A stretch of DNA of 64,000 bases. Origin: Malacoraja senta (lineage: Eukaryota). Each line of letters begins with the position of its first letter. The stretch's first letter is position 1. Below the pieces are notes generated by a model. The model was given only the letters and a program-made list of their open reading frames with translations, was not told where the DNA came from and ran no database searches. The stretch is taken from the NCBI GenBank assembly GCA_038087875.1, contig CM075988.1, forward strand, positions 24,740,001-24,804,000. The letters are read 5' to 3'. This document shows positions 10,989 to 22,632 of the stretch, in pieces. The position numbers were made by a program, and so were the translations under genes.

Positions 10989-13625
10989 TAGAAACATAGA
11001 AATTAGGTGCAGGAGTAGGCCATTCGGCCCTTCGAGCCTGCACCGCCATTCAATATGATCATGGCTGATCATCCAACTCAGTATCCCGTACCTGCCTTCT
11101 CTCCATACCCTCTGATCCCTTTAGCCACAAGGGCCACATCTAGCTCCCTCTTAAATATAGCCAATGAACTGGCCTCGACTACCCTCTGTGGCAGAGAGTT
11201 CCAGAGATTTACCACTCTCTGTGTGAAAAAAGTTCTTCTCATCTCGGTTTTAAAGGATTTCCCCCTTATCCTTAAGCTGTGACCCCTTGTCCTGGACTTC
11301 CCCAACATCGGGAGCAATCTTCCTGCATCTAGCCTGTCCAACCCCTTAAGAATTTTGTAAGTTTCTATAAGATCCCCTCTCAATCTCCTAAATTCTAGAG
11401 AGTATAAACCAAGTCTATCCAGTCTTTCTTCATAAGACAGTCCTGACATCCCAGGAATCAGTCTGGTGAACCTTCTCTGCACTCCCTCTATGGCAATAAT
11501 GTCCTTCCTCAGATTTGGAGACCAAAACTGTACACAATACTCCAGGTGTGGTCTCACCAAGACCCTGTACAACTGCAGTAGAACCTCCCTGCTCCTATAC
11601 TCAAATCCTTTTGCTATGAAAGCTAACATACCATTCGCTTTCTTCACTGCCTGCTGCACCTGCATGCCTACTTTCAATGACTGGTGTACCATGACACCCA
11701 GGTCTCGCTGCATCTCCCCTTTTCCTAGTCGGCCACCATTTAGAAAATAGTCTGCTTTCCTGTTTTTGCCACCAAAATGGATAACCTCACATTTATCCAC
11801 ATTATACTGCATCTGCCAAACATTTGCCCACTCACCCAGCCTATCCAAGTCACCTTGCAGTCTCCTAGCATCCTCCTCACAGCTAACACTGCCCCCCAGC
11901 TTAGTGTCATCCGCAAACTTGGAGATATTGCCTTCAATTCCCTCATCCAGGTCATTAATATATATTGTAAATAGCTGGGGTCCCAGCACCGAGCCTTGCG
12001 GTACCCCACTAGTCACTGCCTGCCATTGTGAAAAGGACCCGTTTACTCCTACTCTTTGCTTCCTGTTAGCCAGCCAGTTCTCTATCCACATCAATACTGA
12101 ACCCCCAATGCCATGTGCTTTAAGTTTGTATACTAATCTCTTATGTGGGACCTTGTCGAAAGCCTTCTGGAAGTCCAGATACACCACATCCACTGGTTCT
12201 CCCCTATCCACGCTACTAGTTACATCCTCGAAAAATTCTATAAGATTCGTCAGACATGATTTACCTTTCGTAAATCCATGCTGACTTTGTCCAATGATTT
12301 CACCACTTTCCAAATGTGCTGCTATCCCATCTTTAATAACTGACTCTAGGAGTTTCCCCACTACCGATGTTAGACTAACTGGTCTGTAATTCCCCGTTTT
12401 CTCTCTCCCTCCCTTCTTAAAAAGTGGGGTTACGTTTGCTACCCGCCAATCCTCAGGAACTACTCCAGAATCTAAAGAATTTTGAAAGATTATTACTAAT
12501 GCATCCACTATTTCTGGAGCTACTTCCTTAAGTACTCTGGGATGCAGCCTATCTGGCCCAGGGGATTTATCGGCCTTTAATCCATTCAATTTACCCAAAA
12601 CCACTTCCCGACTAACCTGGATTTCACTCAATTCCTCCAACTCCTTTGACCCGCGGTCCCCTGCTATTTCCGGCAGATTATTTATGTCTTCCTTAGTGAA
12701 GACGGAACCAAAGTAGTTATTCAATTGGTCCGCCATATCCTTGTTCCCCATGATCAACTCACCTGTTTCTGACTGCAAGGGACCTACATTTGTTTTAACT
12801 AATCTCTTTCTTTTTACATATTTATAAAAACTTTTGCAGTCAGTTTTTATGTTCCCTGCCAGTTTTCTTTCATAATCTATTTTTCCTTTCCTAATTAAGC
12901 CCTTTGTCCTCCTCTGCTGGTCTCTGAATTTCTCCCAGTCCTCTGGTATGCTGCTTTTTCTGGCTAATTTGTACGCATCATCTTTCGCTTTGATACCATC
13001 CCTGATTTCCCTTGTTATCCACGGATGCACTACCTTCCCTGATTTATTCTTTTGCCAAACTGGGATGAACAATTTTTGTAGTTCATCCATGCAGTCTTTA
13101 AATGTCTTCCATTGTATGTCCACCGTCAACCCTTTTAGAATTAATTGCCAGTCAATCATGGCCAATTCATGTCTCATACCCTCAAAGTTACCTTTCTTTA
13201 AGTTCAGAACCATTGTTTCTGAATTAACAATGTCACTCTCCATCCTAATGAAGAACTCAACCATATTATGGTCACTCTTGCCCAAGGGGGCACGTACAAC
13301 AAGACTGCTAACTAACCCTTCCTCATTACTCAATATCCAGTCTAAAATAGCCTGCTCTCTCGTTGGTTCCTCTACATGTTGATTTAGATAACTATCCCGC
13401 ATACATTCCAAGAAATCCTCTTCCTCAGCACCCCTGCCAATTTGATTCACCCAATCTATATGTAGATTGAAGTCACCCATTATAACTGTTTTGCCTTTGT
13501 CGCACGCATTTCTAATTTCCTGTTTGATGCCATCTCCAACTTCACTACTACTGCTAGGTGGCCTGTACACAACACCCACCAGCGTTTTCTGCCCCTTAGT
13601 GTTTCTTTCTGCCCCTTAGTGTTTC
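10989..13625 (-). mobile_element. Young CR1 LINE, 5'-truncated within the APE endonuclease
   Basis: Uninterrupted 833-aa ORF, 3' UTR, TTCTATGTTTCTAT tail near 10989-11002; colinear with the copy at 31812-34440. Confidence 0.95.
11078..13579 (-). CDS. CR1 ORF2 (partial endonuclease plus reverse transcriptase), N-terminally truncated
   Basis: Motifs GVVYRPP, MGDFN, SDH, YRPVSLTS, QHGF, DFQKAFDKV, GVPQGSVLGP, FADD are present; the N-terminal NARSI/ITETW motifs and a real start are missing. Confidence 0.9.
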   Translation of the reverse strand: MGVVYRPPSSSSEVGDGIKQEIRNACDKGKTVIMGDFNLHIDWVNQIGRGAEEEDFLECMRDSYLNQHVEEPTREQAILDWILSNEEGLVSSLVVRAPLGKSDHNMVEFFIRMESDIVNSETMVLNLKKGNFEGMRHELAMIDWQLILKGLTVDIQWKTFKDCMDELQKLFIPVWQKNKSGKVVHPWITREIRDGIKAKDDAYKLARKSSIPEDWEKFRDQQRRTKGLIRKGKIDYERKLAGNIKTDCKSFYKYVKRKRLVKTNVGPLQSETGELIMGNKDMADQLNNYFGSVFTKEDINNLPEIAGDRGSKELEELSEIQVSREVVLGKLNGLKADKSPGPDRLHPRVLKEVAPEIVDALVIIFQNSLDSGVVPEDWRVANVTPLFKKGGREKTGNYRPVSLTSVVGKLLESVIKDGIAAHLESGEIIGQSQHGFTKGKSCLTNLIEFFEDVTSSVDRGEPVDVVYLDFQKAFDKVPHKRLVYKLKAHGIGGSVLMWIENWLANRKQRVGVNGSFSQWQAVTSGVPQGSVLGPQLFTIYINDLDEGIEGNISKFADDTKLGGSVSCEEDARRLQGDLDRLGEWANVWQMQYNVDKCEVIHFGGKNRKADYFLNGGRLGKGEMQRDLGVMVHQSLKVGMQVQQAVKKANGMLAFIAKGFEYRSREVLLQLYRVLVRPHLEYCVQFWSPNLRKDIIAIEGVQRRFTRLIPGMSGLSYEERLDRLGLYSLEFRRLRGDLIETYKILKGLDRLDAGRLLPMLGKSRTRGHSLRIRGKSFKTEMRRTFFTQRVVNLWNSLPQRVVEASSLAIFKRELDVALVAKGIRGYGEKAGTGY

Positions 13626-14079
13626 ACAGAACAAAAATTATATTTAAATTGAAGTGTTTCTTACACAAGTGGGAACACTCAATACCATCACTGGGTTTGG
13701 AACTGAATGTGTTCCACTGTTCAATATTGTCACTTCTCAGAGTGATGATGAGAAAAAAACAACAGACATTGGCTTTTCAATAGAAGCAGACAATAAATGA
13801 TGAGTAGGCTCAATTTCTTGTCAAAGACAAGGAAAAGGTTGAGTCTATTATTCGTTTAACATATCAATTTGTTTAAGGTGTGTATAAACCAAATTGGCAG
13901 ATCAATCACACGTTAAAGATTTTAATTATATTTTGTTCTTAATTTGTACTTGTTTTCAAAAACTCATTTTATTCCGACCAGTTTTCACCTTTCCATTCCA
14001 AAGTTGCTGACACGTGAGCTATTATTTCACGGATACTTGATGATTGGTATTCTAACATTGTAAAAGCAATTGTTTTCAA

Positions 14080-14445
14080 TGTAATAGGTCATGGGTAGCT
14101 GGGATCCAAGCACTGATCCTTGCGGTGCTCACTGTAACAGACTGCCAACCCGAGAAGGACTTTTACTTCTCTATTTTTGTTTTTTGTCCAATAATCACTT
14201 CTCAATCTGTGTCAGTACATATCCCCCATTTCCATGTGCTATAATATTGATAATTGTGGATGATCAGCCATGATCACATTGAACGGTGGTTCTGGCTCGA
14301 AGTGCCGAATGGCCTATTCCTGCACCTATTGTTTATTGTCTTTTGTCTATTGTCTATAGTCAACCTCCTGTTTGAGACCTGATCAAAAGCCCTCTAAAAT
14401 TCAAATACACCAGATCAACTGGTTCTACCTTATCTAATCTACTGT
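14080..14445 (-). mobile_element. Old CR1 RT fragment with a + strand CR1 3' tail inserted at ~14258-14357
   Basis: Minus strand encodes a PQGSVLG-like motif; the insert has GATCAGCCATGATCACATTGAA...CCTGCACCTATTG plus a (CTATTGT)-like tail. Confidence 0.65.
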
Positions 14446-15447
14446 TATTGTTCATCACTCGCTCTCGTCACACTAGGCTATAGTGTTGCAATGTGTACAG
14501 AAATGGTCATTAGTCCAACTTGATCTTGAAAGTAACCACCACACAGGTGAAAGAGCTACAGGGCTGCAGTAGCATCAGTGGTTTTTGATTTTCAAGATTC
14601 TCTTTTCCTGCTTCCTCCATTCTAGCTTCTTCATATCAACTAACACCACTTTTTATGCGTGTGCCAAACAGGATGATCCAATGGTCATTGATGCCAGTGG
14701 TGTGTGTGACTGTTGAAACTCTTCAGGGATGTTCTAAGAGAGTCTTTGGTTCTCTTTTTCCGTAGACCACGTGATCATTTGACCTCACTCAGGTCTCCAT
14801 AAAGTAGCTGTTTCAGTATTCTATGATTAGACAATCTTCTGACATGCAGCCCATCTGATCTGTCATTCTTTCAACAATATGTAGACGCTAGGGAAGGAGA
14901 TTTATCTGGGACAGAATCTGTGTCTAGTCACTTGATGAGAAGTATTTTCTACTTCTTCTTCTTGCGTACGGCGTGCACAGCCTAAAATTGTAGGACAACT
15001 TGTTCTATTTGATCTTATATGATTGTGCACGCTGGGTTGATTGCATTCGTCGAAACAGGGTTGCAATCGTGAAGGTTGTAATCTTCCACCCCTATTTTCT
15101 ACTGACAGGTCATGTGGAAGTTGTTACACTGTTGTCCGAAGCACATTGTTCAGGTCTCACAAGCATAGAGTAAGGTGGGTATGATAAGAACATGATACAC
15201 TATCAGCTTGGTCTTGAGACTGATTCTTCTTTGTTCCTTCACTTTACTGCTCAGTCTTTCAAAAGCAGTTCTGGCTTGTGTTATCCTGTTGTTGACTTCA
15301 TCATCATTGTTGAGTGAGAGTACGCTGCCAAGGTATATGAACTTGTCCACTACTGAAAGCCTCTGACCATTCACAAGGATGTTTGGTTCTGTATGTAGAG
15401 TTTTTAATGCAGGTTGGTGCATAATTTCTTCTCTCTTTGTCTTCACA
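14445..15447 (-). mobile_element. RTE-clade LINE 3' portion
   Basis: ORF 15150-15446 reads FIYLGSVLS..DDEVNNRI..ARTAFERL...TKLIVY..LIIPTLLYACET (RTE-type); 3' end CGAGTGATGAACAATA matches the copy ending near 45275. Confidence 0.85.
14954..15092 (-). mobile_element. Short (AAG)n-tailed retroposon, copy 2 (inserted in the RTE LINE)
   Basis: Reverse complement GGGGTGGAAGATT...TGTGCACGCCGTACGCAAGAAGAAGA; 11-bp TSD TATTTTCTACT at 14943-14953 and 15093-15103. Confidence 0.85.
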
Positions 15448-16692
15448 TAAATGAAGCAATATTCAGTTCAGTTGAGTTTATCGTTCAGTTTAGTTTATTG
15501 TCACGTGTACCGAGGTACAGTTAAAAGCTTTTGTTGCGTGGTTCCAATGTGGTTCCCTCGAAGAGCGTGGAATAGTAGATCTAATCTTTTCAGCAAGACA
15601 GCTCCAAGAGAAATGCCTTTTTTATTGCCTTCTTTTCAAACTTGGATGTAGATCATACAATCTTTAAAATTTAACAACTGTCAAGCTCACCAACTCCAAC
15701 ACTATTTTTAAAACTAATATTTAGTTCCTTCCATTCCTCATTCTCATTAGATCTCAGATTCTCTCATACATTTGGCAGTCTGTATGTGTCTATTCCATGA
15801 CACTAGATGCAAAGTAATGGTTTAATTCCTCTGCCATTTCTTTCATCCCCATTATATATTACCTGTCTTTAATTGTAAGGGCTCCACATTTGCCCTCACA
15901 TCCATTCCTTTTTACATAAGTATAGAAGCTCTCACAGTTAAAAAAAAAATTCTTACTAGTTTACACTCATATTCTTTTTACTTTTCTTTTTCACTTTTTT
16001 GACCCTCTTTTACTGAAATCTAAAATCTGTCAATCGTAGCTGGACACCATACCACTTCCACCCAGTGTAATTGACTTAACTGCTTCCCTTTCACAGCTCA
16101 GTGGCAATTTAGGGATAGTATATAAAAGGCAGGATTGCCAGTGGCATTTGAATCCCTGTGAAAAACTCAAAAAGGAACATCTCTTTCATGAAGTATGGGG
16201 ATTCCCCATCGTTAGCTGCCCTTGAGAAGCTGATGGTAAGCTTTCTTGAACTGCTGGGCAGCACACGTGGTAAAATAGTGCTGTTAGATAAAAGCTGCTA
16301 GCATCCTGACCAAGCAAGGATGAATGAACCGCTGATAACTGTTCAAATGGCAGTTCAAGTGTCTTACATAATATGTCAACATCAAACATGTGCAGGGCAT
16401 TGCTGCTCAGTACAATGTCAAGCAAGCGATCTCTGCTCCATTTAAACAACCTGTCTCTGCACGGAGGAGCATTTTGAACAGTGGCTGCCTCTTAGACATT
16501 ACGGAACTGAATTAAGGCAGTATTGTATTGTGGCCCTATTTGCTAAAAACTGGGTCTAAATTGCTCCAACAGTTGCCAGTCACATTCCCAGAGGATTCAT
16601 CAATAACGATCTTCCCCTAACTAACACATTTGTACCATTGGTTAGTTACTCAACGCAAAGCTCATGGCTCCACGGCTTTCCTCCAACATCAT

Positions 16693-17065
16693 CTCATATT
16701 TCGCTTGGGCAGCTTACAACCCAGTGGTATGAATATTTGATATCTCTAACTTCAAGTCTCCCTTGTATCTCCCCAATCTCCATCCCTCCCCCACCCGCTT
16801 CAGTCGTCTTGTTGAGTCTCATTGTCCATACTAGTTTCTTTTCACCTAGGCCACAGCTAACAATGGCCTGTTTCCTTCATCATCATTACTTTCTTGCATA
16901 TCTTTTATTCATTTGTTCTATATATCTCTATATCACCGCCTATATCTCTTGTTTCCCTTTCCCCTGACTCTCAGTCTGAAGAAGGGTCTCAACCCGAAAT
17001 GTCACCCATTCCTTTTCTTGAGAGATGTTGTTTGACCCGCTGAATGACACCAACTTTTTGTACCT
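16693..17065 (+). mobile_element. Penelope-like element 3' end (GIY-YIG C-terminus, 3' UTR, hammerhead-bearing terminal repeat)
   Basis: LIFRLGSLQPSGMNI at ~16693-16737 matches the C-terminus at 49540-49610; a pyrimidine-rich UTR follows, then GTCTGAAGAAGGGTCTCAACCCGAAATGTCAC at ~16974-17005. Confidence 0.8.
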
Positions 17066-18017
17066 AATCATTTGGTAATCAGCTTTCTTTTCTTTTCATC
17101 AATTACTCACAAATTCAAGTAATCCACGAAACTGGTAAAACAGCTGACCATAATTTGTTTTAATTTCTGCAATGAGATTTCTCCTGTTTAATTTTTGCTT
17201 CCACCAATGCCCAAAGATGAATTTTTAATTCCAGGGGATCTGGAGAGTTGTTAACTTTGCTCCAAAACAGATTGCATCAGATTCTTACATTCAGCAACTA
17301 GAAACTAGGTTTTGTTTAATCCTGGCTATACCTGAATGCAGGTCCAAAAGGTGAAAAACGAGGATGTTTCTACTTTCTCCATGGAGATAAAAATATACCC
17401 GACTTAATCTGGTGAGTGCACTTCAGCATTCTTTGATGTAAAACTCTCTGTCATCTTTTATTTAAAGAGGATTTAAGAGTTCATCCCAAAACCTGCTTTC
17501 TTTTAAATAATGAAACCTAGATTCCTTTGGTCTCTTAAGTAGACTGTGCAGTGTAGACAGGTATTTTTAATATTAGTTGATCCACAGGGAACCGCATTGA
17601 ATACTGTGGACAGTTATAGACTCTGTGTGTTATATAAAATTCTGTCTATTGGGTCACACCTAAAATTAATCCAAGCAGTTCTGGAAGTTTTCCAGAACCC
17701 TGCAGGATTTGATTCCCATTAACACTCGGTTTAACTTCGCTGTTAAATGATTACCATGATGTTTTAATGAAGAAAATACCTTTCAATGCTGAACGTTTTT
17801 CAGCGTGGTGAGCAATTTTTGCTTTTGTTTAACCTTACAGTGTTGCCACTGCTGGCAACTAGATTTGTCCTCTTTTTTTCTGGCGGTTCGGATTTCTCTC
17901 ACACTTCAATCGAGGCTGCCGTTCGCTTCCCTCCTTTCCCAAAGATAGTCAAAGGAAAAGAGAGAACTTCTGTTTCCATATCCTCGTTTGCCACCGCAGG
18001 CCATTATAGTGAATAAA

Positions 18018-18140
18018 AATACTCTACGCAATGTAGTCACTGCCATAGGGTCAAGAACGTGACAGCCAATTTCCACACAGCAGGAACCCACAAAGTGATC
18101 AGTAAGATTGTTTTTTTTCATAGAGATATTAGTTGAGGAA
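18018..18140 (-). mobile_element. Deu-domain SINE (SacSINE1/AmnSINE1-like) fragment
   Basis: Reverse complement TTTGTGGGTTCCTGCTGTGTGGAAATTGGCTG...CAGTGACTACATT resembles the 3' part of this SINE group; family named from memory. Confidence 0.5.
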
Positions 18141-18159
18141 ATGGGGAATGAATTGGATT

Positions 18160-18585
18160 AGATTGCCAAAGTTGCTAAAGAGAGTAAGGCTATCAAATTA
18201 TACAGCAGAATGTAGATCAACGACAGAAATGGGCAGAAAAAAATGTAGATGGAGCTTAATCCAAGTAAGTCAAGTGTTGTATTTTGAGAGGTCGAATGAA
18301 AGGGGAAGGTAACTGGTTGATGGCAAGATGTTTAACAACAATGAGGAATCTTGGAGTTCATGTCCATAGCTCTCTGAAAGTGGCAACACTAGTAGATAGA
18401 GAGGTAAAGAAGGCGTATGGTATGCTTGGTCGGGGCATGGAAAATAAGAATCAAGAAGTCATGATGCAGCTCTGTAAGGATGGAGGGATATAGATCTTAT
18501 GCAGGCAGATTACATTAGTTTATCTTGGCATCATGTTGGGCACAGAAGGGCCTGTTCCAGTCCTGTTCTTTTCTATGTTCCATGT
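18160..18585 (+). mobile_element. Degenerate CR1 fragments
   Basis: RNLGVHVHSSLKVATLVDREVKKAYGML, followed by a CR1 3' tail (GAAGGGCCTGTT...TTCTATGTTC). Confidence 0.75.
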
Positions 18586-19364
18586 TCTAGAAGTATTTAT
18601 CCAAGCTCTAGTATTCATAGCCAACTCAAAAATTATAGCCACAACCTTGTAAGATTTATACTTCAGTTGCAAACGTTTTATGAGCAATCTTAGTTTCTGT
18701 AATATTGGTAACCAAGCCAACTTATTGGCTTTCTGCCCTGGTTTGAATGGAAAATACTCAGTTCGGTTTAGAACTCAGCCACTGCAACTGCATGAACCAA
18801 GATTTGATTACTGGCCTATGCTTAGTTAAATGATCTTGGCTGAATTTCACAGTTTGTTGGCCAAAGTTCTTATGGCTTACTTATTATTGACTTCTCTGAA
18901 AATACACATTTGTAGACCTCATAAAGGGACAGGGTTAGGCTTGGCTGTGATGTTTCTTCCACACACTTGAATAGCCAATTAATCTGACAACATTTTATTT
19001 TTGTCTTCAATAGCTTCATTTGGCTTCATGGCTGCCTCACCCCTACCCGATCTCTGTAGCATCTTTCAGCCATGAGATTGCTGTACTCTCCGACCTCCGG
19101 CACCTTCTCATCCCCACTATTAATTGCTCTACCATTACGACCCATGCCTCCCCACACCTTTGGACCTAAGCTCTCAAACTCACCCTCCGACACCTTTCTG
19201 AATCTCTCTCACCTTCCCTCTTGATGATATTTAAAAGGCCTTTGGGCAGGTACATGGATATGGAAGGCCAAGAGGGATACAGGCCTAATGTGGGCAAATG
19301 GGATTAGCATAGATAGGCATCACTGTGAGAAAGATAGGTTAAAACAGCCTGTTTCTGTGCCATC

Positions 19365-19870
19365 GACGTGTTTGGCCCATATCCCTCTCAACTTTTCCAA
19401 TCTACGTACCTGTCTTAATATCTTTTAAATGTTGTTTCAATTTTTTACAAGCTCTATCGTATTGTTCTATCGTGTCTTATCGAGAGTACCTGCCTCAACT
19501 ACCCCCTCGGTCTGAAGAAGGGTCTCTCCCATTCCTTCTCTCCAGAGATGCTGCCTGACCCGCTGAATTACTCCAGCATTTTGTGCCTACCCCCTCTGGC
19601 AGCTCGTTCCATATACCTACCACCCTTGTGTGGAAAAAGTTGCCCAGCAGGTTCCTATTAAATCTTTCCCTTCTCGACTTAATCTCTATCCTCTGGTTCT
19701 TGATTCTCATACTCTGGGTAAAAGACTCATTTACCATTTGCATTTACTGTATCTATTTGTCTTGTGATCTTCCACACCTCTAAAAGATCACCCCTCATCC
19801 TCCTGCGTTCCAAGGAATAAAGTCCTAGCCTGTTCAACGCCGACCTATAGCTCAGGCCCTCGAGTTCTGA
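19365..19870 (-). mobile_element. CR1 3' fragment hosting a Penelope-derived cassette
   Basis: ORF 19495-19743 contains GNFFHTRVVGIWNELP. Confidence 0.75.
19509..19586 (+). mobile_element. Penelope terminal-repeat-derived cassette (hammerhead internally deleted) with TSD
   Basis: Starts GGTCTGAAGAAGGGTCTC; 10-bp TSD CTACCCCCTC at 19499-19508 and 19587-19596. Confidence 0.85.
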
Positions 19871-20245
19871 AGGTCCCGAAAGTAGTGATTTAAACTTTTT
19901 CTTCCACTCTTTAGGAAATTACAGTGTGGATTGCAACAACTTGTTGCACTAATCAAATCTTCTCATTATCTCTCAATTTATTTTGGTAATTAGTAAGGAT
20001 TCCATTCTGGAGCAGAAACTCATATTAATTGAAATTACCCAGAGTTACAGTAAAAAAGTAGGTACTTTGTAGTTTTTTAAAAATATACTTTCCAGATAAT
20101 TGAAACTTCAATTGTTTTTAATGGTGTCTCTTCATGTCTATTGGAAGCTGATTGGAAAGGTATTGACCTGAATGACATGTCCTAGACTCCATCTTGTCTC
20201 CTTATCATAATCTGTAACATTCCATATGTGGACTCAGCAACTTAA

Positions 20246-20573
20246 AGCCCAGTCCCACGGTACGAGTTCATTCCAAGAGTTCTCCCGAGTTTGCCCTGAT
20301 TCGAACTCGGAGATTTACGGTAATGGCCACTTGTCGGTACTCGGGGCTCTCGTGGACATTTTTCAACATGTTGAAAAATCTTCTCGAGTCTTCCCGAGCT
20401 TACCTGCCGTTAGCGAGTCTTCCCGAGTACCTGCCGTTAACGTTACGAGCCGTTAAGAGACGTCCCCGAGCTCCGATGTACCCGCTACATTCATTCTCCG
20501 TGCTTACTACGAGTTTGATTTTTTTAAAACTCGGGAGAGCTCTTGGAATGAACTCGTACCATGGGACAGGGCT
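20246..20573. mobile_element. MITE (non-autonomous DNA transposon), 328 bp
   Basis: 47-bp TIRs (20246-20292 and 20527-20573, 44/47 match), TTAA on both sides (20242-20245, 20574-20577), internal tandem CGAGTCTTCCCGAG..ACCTGCCGTTA, CpG-rich. Confidence 0.9.
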
Positions 20574-21589
20574 TTAACACAATCTCCCTTGATCCATGTT
20601 TAGCTTTAAAGTATTTTGGGGAAACATGGAATAAAGGTCAAGGCTTACAGTTGCAAAAGAATAGCAAATTACGTGATAAAATCATGGTTTATGGGCTTGG
20701 GCCCCTCAACTTTGGGTTTTAAAACCATTCAGATAATCACATTCTCTTATCTGGAGGTCTCGGGTAAGAACGAACGGAGAGCCTTGAGATAGAAACAGCA
20801 AAGAAAAAGAAAAACTGTACTTCAAATTTCCAAAGGAATATCACCAGGAAGCATTGCTGCGCATTGAAAGATGCTGCAATTTTTCTAAAGATATAATTTC
20901 AAAATTGAGATGAAGAGAATTCTATGGGACATGGTTACAGAAATAAAAGTAGCCAGATTAAGCTCAACTACTATGCCTTTGTGATTTAATTGAATAGAGC
21001 AACAGGTTTAAGGGGCTGAATGTTTTTTTGCATTTACAAACATTCCATGAAAAAAAAATGGATTTGTAAATTGATCAGTCTGGTCTTTGATTCAAGTTCA
21101 ATATTGTTGAAAACCTGATTGTATTATTGTATGTAGTTCAACACACAATAGACTCAAGAACACGATTCAGCATTGGGCAGGCCTTAAATGATCGCTCCCA
21201 CTAATGTACCTTGGTCACTCAGAAACAATTTCTAGTTCATTGTGCTGTATTTAAATAGGAAAGTATCCAATAAGCTAACCTCTAGGGCTGGCAAAGAATT
21301 CCAAACAGCAGTACCATAACATCAATAATCAGACTCAGAAAGGCTTTGATCATAATCTGTTGTCTCTGATCCTCATCCCCTACGCTTGTGATGACAAGAT
21401 TGTGCTACCACCTACAAGGGTAGCACACTGAAATAAACCTATTTCATCTGCAAAGGTTTATTGATGTTTGTGGTCAAGAATAGTTACAAGCTCACAGCTA
21501 GACAGCAGTCTGGGCAAAGAGTGATTTCACTACTAATATTACAAGCAACCCTGCGCAACTATGATTAAATCCAGTTGCACCCAAGAAAA

Positions 21590-21745
21590 TATTTGCCAAA
21601 TTCACTTTGGCAGGCACTTCATGTTATTATCTTTCCTGCGTTACAAAAGTAACTATACTTCAAAATTGCTTTATTGGCTAAAAAGTATGTTGAGATGTCC
21701 CCAAGGTCATAAAAAGCTTTATAAAAAAGGAAATTCTTTCTTTAG
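21590..21745 (+). mobile_element. Deu-domain SINE 3' fragment
   Basis: TTCCTGCGTTACAAAAGTAACTATACTTCAAAATTGCTTTATTGGCT...GAGATGTCCCCAAGGTCATAAAAAGC is similar to the 3' part of 54470-54820. Confidence 0.5.
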
Positions 21746-22390
21746 AATTCAGAATAGCACAGTAAGGAAATGGGCATTTCAATCAATTGTGCCAACACCT
21801 GTAAACAAAAGCAAAGTTTAAAAAAAAACTACAGATGCTAGAACTCCAAAATAGAATAGAAACTGCAGGATAAATATCAATAGGGTCTGGCAGCATCTGT
21901 GGAGAAATCTTGATTCAGGTTCTTCCTCTACATGGGTTAATCTCTCCATTGACGTGATATTCTCCTTTGTTTTGCAGATTATATAAATAATTTATCAATC
22001 GGCATCATGCATACTCTTGGCCCATATGTAGAATTTCTTTCCAGCCTCTCATGTTGCCATCCAAAGTACTTACAACAAAGGTTGTAAGTATCATTCTACC
22101 TATCCTGCACTCCACTCTTTTACTTCCATCCGATGGCCATTGAACATTTCCAACCTTGCTTTGTGCAGCTCACAACTTTTAATTGCATGTGAATAAGCAT
22201 TCAAATCAGTTAGTTACATTGTCACCTGTTTAATCAACCTAGCCTAATTTGTCTCCTACAAGTTGGTGGTCATGTGAACATAAAGATCACAAAGTATGCT
22301 GCTCAGTATAAACATCCATTTTAATTGTTTACTATAACAACCTTCCGTGAACCTCTTTTGTTCTGCTTTATAAAACATCATATAATAAAA

Positions 22391-22632
22391 TGTTTAAGAA
22401 AGAACTGCAGATACTGGAAAAATCAAAGGGAGACAAAAATGCTGGAGAACCTCAGCGGGTGAGGCAGCATCTATGGAGAGAAGGAATGGGCAATGTTTCA
22501 GGTCGAGACCCTTCTTCAGACCTGAAATGTCGCCCATTCCTTCTCTCCATAGATGCTGCCTCACCCACTGAGTACTCCAGCATTTTGTGTCCACCTTCGA
22601 TTTTACCAGCATCTGCAGTTCTTACTTACACA
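22391..22632. mobile_element. Fold-back (inverted pair) of the Penelope terminal-repeat cassette
   Basis: Arms 22391-22504 and 22519-22632 are diverged reverse complements around a 14-nt centre; the minus strand reads GTCTGAAGAAGGGTCTCGACCTGAAACATTG. Confidence 0.9.

Noticed and set aside
11055..13382. Several + strand ORFs (and equivalents at 31300-34362 on the - strand)
   Set aside because: Antisense or alternate-frame shadows of CR1 ORF2 with no independent motifs.
17342..17411. Possible exon (CAG|...CTG|GTGAGT) beginning GPKGEK, collagen-like
   Set aside because: The Gly-X-Y pattern stops after two triplets, the polypyrimidine tract is weak and no partner exons were found; RNA-seq would be needed.
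17678..17698. Palindrome GTTCTGGAA-GTT-TTCCAGAAC as a heat-shock element
   Set aside because: The two TTCnnGAA units are separated by 3 nt rather than the canonical 2, and there is no promoter context.
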